A DNA stretch of 64,000 nucleotides from Rhodothermales bacterium. Its GTDB lineage: Bacteria > Bacteroidota > Rhodothermia > Rhodothermales > VXPQ01. Made by a program: the position numbers and the translations under genes. The notes under the pieces were generated by a model that did not search any database, was not told the origin of the DNA, and saw only the letters and a program-made list of their open reading frames with translations. Below are positions 53,878-62,642 of the stretch, one piece after another (position 1 is the first letter of the stretch; the number at the start of each line of letters is the position of its first letter). The stretch is taken from positions 32,001-96,000 of the forward strand of contig JBBDTI010000064.1 in NCBI GenBank assembly GCA_040904565.1, written 5' to 3'.

Positions 53878-55026
53878 ATGGCCGGCCTGTATCTCCATAT
53901 TCCCTTTTGCACGCAGCGCTGCGTCTACTGCGACTTCTATTTCACGACGACGCGGCGCTCGCACGGATCCTTCGTCAACGCCCTCGGCACGGAGCTGGAA
54001 TTCTACGCTTCCCACTACGCCGATCGTGAACCCGTGGAGACGATCTACCTGGGCGGCGGGACGCCCTCCCTGCTCTCCCTCGAGGATCTGGCCCGTATCC
54101 TTCAGACCATCCACCAGCACTTCGATACGGACGGAGTCCGCGAGACGACCCTTGAAATGAATCCGGATGATGCGACGCCGGAGTATCTGGACGGACTTCG
54201 GTCCATCGGGATCAACCGCCTCAGCATCGGCATTCAGTCGTTCTATCCGAGCGATCTCGAGTTCATGAACCGGAGTCACACGCCCGAACAGGCGGAGGCG
54301 TCGCTGGAATACGTGGCGGCAGCGGGCTTCGATACGTTCTCGGCCGACCTCATCTTCGGTATCCCGGACCAGCCCGAGGAATACTGGTACGCGAACGTCC
54401 AGAAGCTCGTCCGACTCGGCGTCCCACATATCTCGACGTACAGCCTCACCGTCGAGGAACGTACGCCGCTCTACAAAATGGTCGAGCGCGGACTCGTTCA
54501 TCCTGCACCGGACGAGGAGCTCGAAGCGCGATATCGGTTCACGATGGAGTTCCTGCGGGAACACGGATACGAGCACTACGAGGTGTCCAGCTTCGCAAAG
54601 CCGAATGCGCGTTCGCAGCACAACCAGATCTACTGGAATCACAGCAACTATCTCGGATTCGGACCTTCCGCCCATTCGTTCTGGTGGACGGGCCTGCCCG
54701 CCGAGCGGTGGTTCAACGAGGCCAACCTCCGGCGGTACGAGGCGCTCCTGCAGCAGCACAACGTACCCATAGGCGGCAAGGAGGCGATGTCGCTGGACAT
54801 GCTGGCGAATGAGTATATTCTGCTGCGGCTTCGGACGTCGGACGGACTCGATCTCGACTACCTGGAGACGAAGTACGGCGTGGACCTGCTCTACGAGAAG
54901 GAGCCCGCTCTCGCCGATCTGGAAGACGAAGGCTATATAGATGCGATGGGAGACCGCCACGTGCGGCTCACCGATTCGGGAATGCTTTTATGCGACGCGA
55001 TTACGACACGACTTTTGCTGGACTGA
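53878..55026 (+). CDS. hemW: Radical SAM heme chaperone HemW (HemN-like)
   Basis: LYLHIPFC..RC.YCDF, GGGTPS, YEVSSF, HNQIYW (HNxxYW HemW signature). Confidence 0.92.
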   Translation: MAGLYLHIPFCTQRCVYCDFYFTTTRRSHGSFVNALGTELEFYASHYADREPVETIYLGGGTPSLLSLEDLARILQTIHQHFDTDGVRETTLEMNPDDATPEYLDGLRSIGINRLSIGIQSFYPSDLEFMNRSHTPEQAEASLEYVAAAGFDTFSADLIFGIPDQPEEYWYANVQKLVRLGVPHISTYSLTVEERTPLYKMVERGLVHPAPDEELEARYRFTMEFLREHGYEHYEVSSFAKPNARSQHNQIYWNHSNYLGFGPSAHSFWWTGLPAERWFNEANLRRYEALLQQHNVPIGGKEAMSLDMLANEYILLRLRTSDGLDLDYLETKYGVDLLYEKEPALADLEDEGYIDAMGDRHVRLTDSGMLLCDAITTRLLLD

Positions 55027-55529
55027 CGGCCAGGCGGACCGGGGCGGTGCTGGCCCTGGCCATGCTCCTGCTCGGCGGCTGCAGGTCGCGGGACGACGAC
55101 CTGCCGACCATCCGGACGGACATCCCGTTTCGATCCGACGGTACCCTCACCTTCATCGGCCCGGCGGGCGACACGCTCGACGCGATTCAGATCGAGATCG
55201 CCGAGACCGATGAGGCGCGGACGCGTGGACTGATGGGGCGCCGCAGCCTGCCTCCGAAGAGCGGCATGTTCTTCATCATGGAGGAAACGGACACGTCCGG
55301 TTTCTGGATGCGCAACACGCCGCTGCCGCTCGACATCATGTTCGTCGCTCCCGACTCCCAGATCATCAACATCGTCGAGCGAACGACTCCCTACTCGGAG
55401 GAGATCATCCGTCCGGCCGCCCCCAAGAAATACGTCGTCGAGGTCCGCGCCGGGTATGCGCAGCGGACGGACCTTCCCGGCGGCACGCGCATCACGTGGA
55501 CCCGATCGACGACCACTACCGGATCATGA
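54990..55529 (+). CDS. DUF192 family lipoprotein (copy 1)
   Basis: Lipobox LGGC; EIAET...GLM.R..LP..GM.F..FWM.NT..PLD..F; YVVEV.AG. Confidence 0.88.
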   Translation: MRRDYDTTFAGLTARRTGAVLALAMLLLGGCRSRDDDLPTIRTDIPFRSDGTLTFIGPAGDTLDAIQIEIAETDEARTRGLMGRRSLPPKSGMFFIMEETDTSGFWMRNTPLPLDIMFVAPDSQIINIVERTTPYSEEIIRPAAPKKYVVEVRAGYAQRTDLPGGTRITWTRSTTTTGS

Positions 55530-56029
55530 AGCCTGCCTGGCCGCTGCTGCTCAACGTACTGCTTATCGGAGGTATCATCGGATATACGGTTGGATGCGGT
55601 GGCGAGGAGCCCTCCCCGCGCGATTCCGCTCCGGAGTCGACCATCTCCTTCCGTGACGACGGCGACCTGTCGTTCCTGCGCGGCGACGCTGAGGTGGTTA
55701 CGATCGATATCGAGATCGCCGAAACCGATTCGGCGCGTCAGCGCGGCTTGATGCAGCGTACGTCACTGCCCGATCGAAGCGGGATGTTCTTCATCTTCGA
55801 CCGGCAGGAACGGCAGAGCTTCTGGATGTCCAATACGCCGATCGCTCTGGATCTCCTCTTCGTGAACGAGGACTCCCAGATCGTCGACGTCGACAGATAC
55901 GCCCGGCCGTTCAGCACGGACCCCATCCCGTCCGACGCGCCCGCGCGCTACGTCATCGAAGTCCCGGCCGGCTTCGCCGACACCTACGGCCTCGTCGAAG
56001 GCGAACGCGTGACGTGGACGCGGGAATAA
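55526..56029 (+). CDS. DUF192 family lipoprotein (copy 2)
   Basis: Lipobox TVGC, same DUF192 motifs; ATGA overlap with copy 1. Confidence 0.88.
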   Translation: MKPAWPLLLNVLLIGGIIGYTVGCGGEEPSPRDSAPESTISFRDDGDLSFLRGDAEVVTIDIEIAETDSARQRGLMQRTSLPDRSGMFFIFDRQERQSFWMSNTPIALDLLFVNEDSQIVDVDRYARPFSTDPIPSDAPARYVIEVPAGFADTYGLVEGERVTWTRE

Positions 56030-56038
56030 GGACGGCCT

Positions 56039-56374
56039 CTAAAGGCCGAAGGACTCTCCGCATGCACACGTCCTCGACGCCTGCGGATTCATGAAGTGAA
56101 ACCCCTCCCCGTCGAGTCCATCCGAGAAGTCCAGCTCCGTTCCGGAGAGGTACAGCGCGCTCCGCTTGTCGAGCACGACGCGAATGTCGTCGACCTCAGC
56201 GATGCGATCGCTGTCTTGCTCGGTCGTATCCCAGCCCAGGTCGTACGTCAGCCCCGAACAACCGCCCGGCACGACGGCTACGCGAAGCATGCTGGTCGAC
56301 AGGTCGACGCCCTCCTGACCGGCTATGGAGCGAATCTGCTGAAGAGCGCGGGCTGTGATGTGGATCGTTTCCAT
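56039..56374 (-). CDS. A-type Fe-S cluster carrier (HesB/IscA/SufA family)
   Basis: GGCSGLTY and NP.A..TCACGESF motifs; start refined to ATG 56374. Confidence 0.95.
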   Translation of the reverse strand: METIHITARALQQIRSIAGQEGVDLSTSMLRVAVVPGGCSGLTYDLGWDTTEQDSDRIAEVDDIRVVLDKRSALYLSGTELDFSDGLDGEGFHFMNPQASRTCACGESFGL

Positions 56375-56510
56375 ACGTGCGTTAGAAATCGTTCCTGTGC
56401 GGCACCTCGGAATGGTGGTAATGCGGCGTTGCCCGTCAGGTTTCACAGCCGCCGTGTCAATCCTTCGTCAAGACCGGAACGAAGAGGGAGTGAATAGGGT
56501 TGTAATCGTC

Positions 56511-56549
56511 CGTTGACAGATTGATATCGTGTCAACGATTGTTTACAAT
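56511..56549 (+). promoter_or_regulatory. Candidate suf promoter (TTGATA-N17-TACAAT) with palindromic operator CGTTGACA-N11-TGTCAACG
   Basis: Perfect 8-bp inverted repeat at 56511-18 and 56530-37 brackets the -35 hexamer (56521-26); -10 at 56544-49. Confidence 0.6.
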
Positions 56550-56580
56550 CAGGTTCGCTCAGAAACCGAGCGCAGGGTGC

Positions 56581-56775
56581 GATACGGTACGGTGTACGGT
56601 ACGCGGTACGGTACACCGTCGACGGCCATACACTATACGCTGCACGGTGTACGCTACACGGCGTACGCCACGCAATGTGCGTGTCAATTGCGTGACAATT
56701 GCGTGACAATGGAGCCCGGCGGCGGGCCGGCACGTGCCCGACGCATCGCCTCATTAAACGTCGCCTCATTAAACG
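56581..56775. repeat. Four different short tandem-repeat blocks (12, 14, 11 and 15 bp units) upstream of sufB
   Basis: xxTACGGTACxx x3 (56581-616); xRTACGCY.. x3 (56634-675); CAATTGCGTGA x2+ (56685-710); TCGCCTCATTAAACG x2 (56746-775). Confidence 0.8.
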
Positions 56776-56784
56776 ACTAAGAGT

Positions 56785-58248
56785 ATGCCTACCACGGAGA
56801 CGCAATATCTGCAGGACGTCGCGGAGAGCGACTACAAATACGGCTGGGAGACGAAGGTAGAGGCCGACACGATTCCCAAGGGCATCAGTGAGGATGTCGT
56901 CCGGATCATTTCGGCCAAGAAGGAGGAGCCCGAGTGGCTGCTCGACTGGCGCCTTCGCGCGTACCGGTACTGGAAGACGCTCGCGGAGGACCCGGACCGG
57001 TATCCGCAGTGGGCGCATCTCGACTATGAGACGCCCGACTTCCAGGATATCACGTACTACTCCTCGCCGAGCAAGAAGCCGCGATACGACAGCCTCGACG
57101 AGGTGGATCCGGAGCTGCTCGAGACGTTCGAGCGCCTGGGCATCCCTCTCGGTGAACAAGCTAAGCTTGCCGGCGTCGCGGTAGACGCCGTGCTGGACAG
57201 TGTCTCGGTCCACACTACCTTCAAGAAAGAGCTCGCTGAAAAGGGCATTATTTTTTGCTCGTTCGGGGAGGCCGTTCAGGATCATCCCGAGCTCGTACGG
57301 AAGTACATGGGCTCGGTCGTGCCGTACACGGACAATTTCTACGCGGCGCTCAATGCGGCCGTGTTCAGCGACGGCTCCTTCTGCTACATCCCCAAGGGCG
57401 TCCGCTGCCCGATGGAGCTCTCGACGTATTTCCGCATCAATCAGGCGGGTACCGGGCAGTTCGAGCGCACGCTCATCGTCGCGGAAGAGGGCAGCTACGT
57501 AAGTTATCTCGAGGGCTGCACGGCGCCGATGCGCGAAGAGCATCAGCTCCACGCGGCCGTCGTCGAGATCGTCGCCGAGAAAGACGCCGAGGTCAAGTAT
57601 TCGACGATTCAGAACTGGTATCCCGGCAGCGCCGACGGGAAAGGCGGCGTCTACAACTTCGTAACGAAGCGCGGCATCTGTAAGGGGGACCACGCCAAGA
57701 TCTCGTGGACGCAGCTCGAGACGGGCTCGGCGATTACCTGGAAATATCCCAGCGTGATTCTGAAGGGCGACTATTCGGTCGGCGAGTTCTATTCCGTGGC
57801 CTTCACGAAGGGCCATCAGCAGGCCGACACCGGCACGAAGATGACCCACATCGGCAAGAACACAAAGAGTACGATCATCTCCAAGGGCATCTCGGGCGGG
57901 TTCAGTAACAACTCGTACCGCGGCCTGGTGAAGATCAATAAAGGCGCGGAGAACGCGCGCAACTTCTCCCAGTGCGACTCCATGCTGCTGGGCGATCGAT
58001 GCGGGGCCCATACGTTCCCGTACATCGAGATCAAGAACCCCACGGCACAGGTCGAGCACGAAGCCACGACCTCGAAAGTGGGTGAAGACCAGCTCTTTTA
58101 CTGCTTCCAGCGCGGAATCGGTGAAGAGCAGGCCATCAAGCTGATCGTCAACGGCTTCTGCAAGGACATCCTCTCCAAACTCCCGATGGAGTTTGCCGTC
58201 GAGGCGCAGAAGCTACTGGAAATCGAACTGGAAGGGTCGGTCGGTTAG
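56785..58248 (+). CDS. sufB: Fe-S cluster assembly protein SufB
   Basis: [48 protein letters not shown]. Confidence 0.98.
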   Translation: MPTTETQYLQDVAESDYKYGWETKVEADTIPKGISEDVVRIISAKKEEPEWLLDWRLRAYRYWKTLAEDPDRYPQWAHLDYETPDFQDITYYSSPSKKPRYDSLDEVDPELLETFERLGIPLGEQAKLAGVAVDAVLDSVSVHTTFKKELAEKGIIFCSFGEAVQDHPELVRKYMGSVVPYTDNFYAALNAAVFSDGSFCYIPKGVRCPMELSTYFRINQAGTGQFERTLIVAEEGSYVSYLEGCTAPMREEHQLHAAVVEIVAEKDAEVKYSTIQNWYPGSADGKGGVYNFVTKRGICKGDHAKISWTQLETGSAITWKYPSVILKGDYSVGEFYSVAFTKGHQQADTGTKMTHIGKNTKSTIISKGISGGFSNNSYRGLVKINKGAENARNFSQCDSMLLGDRCGAHTFPYIEIKNPTAQVEHEATTSKVGEDQLFYCFQRGIGEEQAIKLIVNGFCKDILSKLPMEFAVEAQKLLEIELEGSVG

Positions 58249-58362
58249 TTGTTGGGTTGACGGTGGATGGTGTTCATATTGATGCGCTCCTCCGAAAACA
58301 CCGGTCAAGGGTCATCGCTCACCCGCAAGACATTCGAATACCAACGCACAAAAGATAGAAAC

Positions 58363-59124
58363 ATGGCACTACTTGAAGTTAAGGACCTGCACGCACGGAT
58401 CGAGGATGAGGAGATCCTGAAGGGTGTGGATCTGTCGGTTAAATCGGGAGAGATTCACGCCATCATGGGCCCAAACGGTTCCGGGAAAAGTACGCTCGCT
58501 TCGGTGCTCGCCGGACGTGAAGAGTTCGAGGTGACCCGCGGCACCGTCTCCTATCAGGGGGAAGATTTGCTGGAGATGGAACCGGACCAACGGGCCCTCG
58601 CGGGCATATTTCTCGCGTTTCAGTATCCCGTCGAGCTGCCGGGCGTGAGCATGAACAACTTCCTGCGCCAGGCCGTCAACGAGCAGCGCGAGCATCGGGG
58701 TGAGGATCCCATTGGGGCCGCCGACTTTCTCAAGCTCATGCGCGAGAAGGCCGCGCTGGTCGAACTCGACCCCCAGCTGATGAGCCGGTCGGTCAACGCA
58801 GGCTTCTCGGGCGGCGAGAAAAAGCGAAACGAAATCTTCCAGCTCGCCATGCTCGGTCCGACGCTGGCCATCCTGGACGAGACGGACTCCGGACTGGACA
58901 TCGACGCGCTCCGTACCGTCGCGGACGGGGTGAATCAGCTGCGCGGCAACGACCGCTCCTTCGTCATCATCACGCACTATCAGCGTTTGCTGGATTACAT
59001 CATCCCGGACGTGGTCCACGTGATGGTCGACGGGCGCATCGTTCGCTCGGGCGACAAGCAGCTCGCACACGAGCTCGAAGACAAGGGGTACGATTGGATC
59101 CGCGAGGAGGTGGCCGTCGCGTAA
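58363..59124 (+). CDS. sufC: Fe-S cluster assembly ATPase SufC
   Basis: MGPNGSGKST, FSGGEKKRNE, LDETDSGLDIDAL, ITHYQRLL; ATG at 58363. Confidence 0.98.
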   Translation: MALLEVKDLHARIEDEEILKGVDLSVKSGEIHAIMGPNGSGKSTLASVLAGREEFEVTRGTVSYQGEDLLEMEPDQRALAGIFLAFQYPVELPGVSMNNFLRQAVNEQREHRGEDPIGAADFLKLMREKAALVELDPQLMSRSVNAGFSGGEKKRNEIFQLAMLGPTLAILDETDSGLDIDALRTVADGVNQLRGNDRSFVIITHYQRLLDYIIPDVVHVMVDGRIVRSGDKQLAHELEDKGYDWIREEVAVA

Positions 59125-59173
59125 CACCGGCCGCATCGGACGTCACAAGCTTGTTCTGAACTACTGGACGGAA

Positions 59174-60502
59174 ATGTCGAATACCACGCAAGATAGAAAT
59201 CTCGAAAAGCAGTTTGTAACGGCCTTCGAGTCGAACGTCGGACGTACGCTGAACGGCACGAATACGAAGCTCCGTACGCTGCGGACGAAGGCGATCGAGC
59301 AGTTCGAGAAGATGGGCTTTCCCGCACGAAAGGACGAAGCCTGGAAATACACCAACATCGGCGACGTGCTCACGCACGACTTCCAGGTGCGCGCCCTACC
59401 GCCGTTCATGGAGATCGACGCCGTAGATCTCGAACCGTTCGCCATTCCGGGCCTCGACGCCCATCTCGTCGTGCTCGTCAACGGCCGGTTCTCGCAGCGG
59501 CTCTCAAACCTCGGTGACGTTCCGGACGGCGTGATCATCGAGAGCCTCGAATCGGCCGGTGAGACGCACGGCGACCTCCTGGAAACCTACTTCGGGCGCT
59601 ATGCCCACTACGACGAGGAGGTCTTCACGGCGCTCAATACGGCCTTCACGGTAGATGGACTCTTTCTGTACGTTCCGAAGGGGCATGCGCTTGAAAAGCC
59701 GGTTCACGTGATCAACGTGCAAAAGGTGGATGAGGACCTGTTCCTGCAGCCGCGCAATCTATTCGTCTTTGAGGAGAACGCGCAGGCAAAAATCGTCGAA
59801 ACATCCGTTTTGCTCGGCGGCGGGCGGACCTTCACGAACGCGGTGTCGGAAGTCCACGTCGGCGAACGCGCCGTCGTCGATTACTACCTCCTCCAGGATC
59901 AGGGGGATGAAGCCTCACTCGTAACCAACACCAACGTGTACCAGAAAGGCTCGAGCGTCTTTACGGCGGCTACCGTAACGCTTTCCGGCGACGTCATCCG
60001 CAACAACATGAACGTATTGCCGGACGCGGCGCACTGCGAAACCCATCTGTACGGACTCTTTCTTTCCAGTGGCACGACGCACGTCGACAATCACACGCAC
60101 GTCGACCATGCCAAGCCGGACTGCGAGAGCAACGAACTGTATAAGGGCGTGCTGGACGATCAGTCCACCGGCGTGTTCAACGGTAAGGTGTTCGTTCGAC
60201 AGGACGCACAGCGCATCAATGCGTTTCAGGAGAACAAGAGCATTCTCCTGACCAAGGAGGCAACGATGAACTCCAAGCCCGAGCTCGAGATCTACGCCGA
60301 CGACGTGAAGTGCAGCCACGGTGCCACGACGGGACAGCTCGACCGCGAGGCGCTGTTCTATCTTCGCTCCCGGGGACTGCCCGCAAACGTGGCGCGCGGC
60401 ATGCTGCTTCACGCCTTTGCCGGGGACGTCATCGAGAAGGTGCGCGTCGAACCGCTCCGCCGCCTGCTCGACAAGCGCGTGTCCAACCGATTCGGATGGT
60501 AA
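59174..60502 (+). CDS. sufD: Fe-S cluster assembly protein SufD
   Basis: E.WKYT, PELEIYADDVKCSHGAT.G, FYLRSRG. Confidence 0.97.
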   Translation: MSNTTQDRNLEKQFVTAFESNVGRTLNGTNTKLRTLRTKAIEQFEKMGFPARKDEAWKYTNIGDVLTHDFQVRALPPFMEIDAVDLEPFAIPGLDAHLVVLVNGRFSQRLSNLGDVPDGVIIESLESAGETHGDLLETYFGRYAHYDEEVFTALNTAFTVDGLFLYVPKGHALEKPVHVINVQKVDEDLFLQPRNLFVFEENAQAKIVETSVLLGGGRTFTNAVSEVHVGERAVVDYYLLQDQGDEASLVTNTNVYQKGSSVFTAATVTLSGDVIRNNMNVLPDAAHCETHLYGLFLSSGTTHVDNHTHVDHAKPDCESNELYKGVLDDQSTGVFNGKVFVRQDAQRINAFQENKSILLTKEATMNSKPELEIYADDVKCSHGATTGQLDREALFYLRSRGLPANVARGMLLHAFAGDVIEKVRVEPLRRLLDKRVSNRFGW

Positions 60503-60524
60503 ACCATTGACGGACCAGGATACC

Positions 60525-61796
60525 ATGAGTACGACGAAGACGCGCAGCAAAAACGCCGATTCGGCTACGGCCGCCGTACGCTTCGACGCCGCCGGCATTC
60601 GGACCCGGTTTCCGATCCTGCAGCGCGACGTGTACGGGACACCGCTCGTATATCTGGACAATGCCGCTACGTCGCAAAAGCCGCAGTCGGTCATCGATCG
60701 CATCACGCGGTATTACGCGGAAGAAAACAGCAACGTCCACCGCGGCGTGCATTATCTGAGCCAGCGGGCCACCGACGCCTACGAAGGGGCACGCACGAAA
60801 GCGGCGGCGTTCATCAACGCGCCCTCCGACCGTCAGATCGTCTACACGCGCGGCACGACCGAAGCCATCAATCTGGTGGCCTCGTCCTTCGGGCCCATGC
60901 GGGTCGAGGCCGGTGACGTGGTGCTGATCACGACGATGGAGCACCATTCCAACATCGTGCCCTGGCAGATGCTTTGCGAGAAGCAGGGTGCCGAGCTGCG
61001 CGTCGTGCCGATTTCCGATACCGGTGAGATCGTCTACGAAGAGTTCGAACGGCTCCTGCCCCAGCGCGTAAAGCTGCTCGCCCTCAGCCATGTGTCGAAC
61101 ACGCTGGGGACGATCAATCCGATCAGGCGAATGATCCGTGCCGCTCACGATCTGGGCATTCCCGTCGTCGTCGACGGCGCGCAGGCTGTTCCACACATGC
61201 CGGTCGACGTGCAGGAACTGGACTGCGACTTCTACTGCTTTTCGTCGCACAAGATGTTCGGTCCGACCGGCATCGGAATCCTCTACGGCAAGTCGGAACA
61301 CCTCGACGCGATGCCGCCTTACCAGGGCGGCGGCGACATGATCGAGACGGTATCCTTCGAGAGAACGACCTACAGCGATCCGCCGCACCGATTCGAGGCG
61401 GGCACGCCGAATATCGCCGGGGCGGTCGGGCTCGGGGCGGCCATCGATTTCATGGAGGGCCTCGACCAGTCCGCCGTACGCCATCACGAAAACGCGCTGC
61501 TCGAGTATGCCACGGAGCGCATGTCGGAGATCGACGGCATCCGCTTCATCGGAACGGCCGACCATAAGGCAAGCGTGCTCTCCTTCCTGATCGGAGACGT
61601 GCACCCGTACGACGCCGGTACGATCCTCGACCGGATGGGCATCGCCGTGCGCACGGGTCACCACTGCACGGAGCCCCTCATGCGGAGGTTCGGTATTCCC
61701 GGCACGGTGCGCGCCTCCATGGCCCTGTACAACACGCGGGAGGATGTCGATCGGCTGGTCGAAGGAGCGAAGAAGGTACGAGACATGTTCGGCTAG
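60525..61796 (+). CDS. sufS: Cysteine desulfurase SufS
   Basis: YLDNAATSQKP, SSHKMFGPTG, RTGHHC; ATG at 60525. Confidence 0.97.
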   Translation: MSTTKTRSKNADSATAAVRFDAAGIRTRFPILQRDVYGTPLVYLDNAATSQKPQSVIDRITRYYAEENSNVHRGVHYLSQRATDAYEGARTKAAAFINAPSDRQIVYTRGTTEAINLVASSFGPMRVEAGDVVLITTMEHHSNIVPWQMLCEKQGAELRVVPISDTGEIVYEEFERLLPQRVKLLALSHVSNTLGTINPIRRMIRAAHDLGIPVVVDGAQAVPHMPVDVQELDCDFYCFSSHKMFGPTGIGILYGKSEHLDAMPPYQGGGDMIETVSFERTTYSDPPHRFEAGTPNIAGAVGLGAAIDFMEGLDQSAVRHHENALLEYATERMSEIDGIRFIGTADHKASVLSFLIGDVHPYDAGTILDRMGIAVRTGHHCTEPLMRRFGIPGTVRASMALYNTREDVDRLVEGAKKVRDMFG

Positions 61797-61815
61797 ACGA
61801 ATCAGCAAAGACAGC

Positions 61816-62253
61816 ATGGCCGAGAAGGCAACCATCCAGGAACGAGCCCGCGACGTCGTCGAGGAATTCAATCTGTTCGACGATTGGATGGGGAAGTACG
61901 AATACCTGATCGAGCTGGGGAACTCCCTCCCTCCGATCGAGGACGAGTACAAGACGGACGACTACAAGATTAAGGGCTGTCAATCCCAGGTATGGATTCG
62001 ACCGGAGACGGCCGACGGACTCGTTTTTTACAAAGGTGACAGCGATGCCCTGATCACGAAAGGTCTCGTCGCGCTCCTCGTTCGCGTCCTCTCCGGCCAG
62101 CCGCCGGAAGCCGTGGCGGAGGCCGATCTTTCGTTCCTGGATGAGATCGGGATGAAAGAACACCTGTCATCGACGCGCAAAAACGGCCTCGCGTCCATGG
62201 TAAAGCAGCTCAAGCTGTATGCGCTCGCACATACGCAGAAGGCACACCATTAA
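61816..62253 (+). CDS. sufE: Sulfur transfer protein SufE
   Basis: KYEYLIELG, IKGCQSQVW, DSDALI.KGL, LS.TR.NGL. Confidence 0.95.
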   Translation: MAEKATIQERARDVVEEFNLFDDWMGKYEYLIELGNSLPPIEDEYKTDDYKIKGCQSQVWIRPETADGLVFYKGDSDALITKGLVALLVRVLSGQPPEAVAEADLSFLDEIGMKEHLSSTRKNGLASMVKQLKLYALAHTQKAHH

Positions 62254-62268
62254 TCAGGCAGGCGCAAG

Positions 62269-62619
62269 ATGAGTGAAGACATCCAGCAGAAGACCGACAC
62301 CGAAGCGGTATCCAAGGACGACATCGAAAAAGAGGTCGTCGAGGTCCTCAAGACGATCTACGACCCGGAAATCCCGGTCAATATCTACGATCTGGGGTTG
62401 ATCTACGAGATCAAGGTCCACGACGATCGCTCCGTCTTCGTCAAAATGACGCTGACGGCCCCAAACTGTCCGGTTGCCGACATCCTCCCCCAGCAGGTCG
62501 AGTCCGCCGTCGGCACGATACCGGACGTGGAAGGCAGCACGGTTCAGCTGACGTTCGATCCGCCGTTTACTCCCGACATGATGTCGGAGGAAGCGCGGCT
62601 CGAGCTCGGCTTCATGTAG
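62269..62619 (+). CDS. DUF59/SufT-like Fe-S maturation protein
   Basis: DPEIPVNIYDLGLIY, MTLTAPNCP, FDPPF..MMSEEARLELG. Confidence 0.92.
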   Translation: MSEDIQQKTDTEAVSKDDIEKEVVEVLKTIYDPEIPVNIYDLGLIYEIKVHDDRSVFVKMTLTAPNCPVADILPQQVESAVGTIPDVEGSTVQLTFDPPFTPDMMSEEARLELGFM

Positions 62620-62642
62620 AATAGGGCTGCGAGACGTCCCGA

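Noticed and set aside
56529-56780. 83-aa ORF in the suf leader as a leader peptide
   Set aside because: Its GTG start lies inside the predicted promoter, and the sequence is a translation of the tandem repeats.
56785-58248. Possible inteins in SufB, Lon or TopA
   Set aside because: Protein lengths are normal and no intein splice motifs or insertions are visible.
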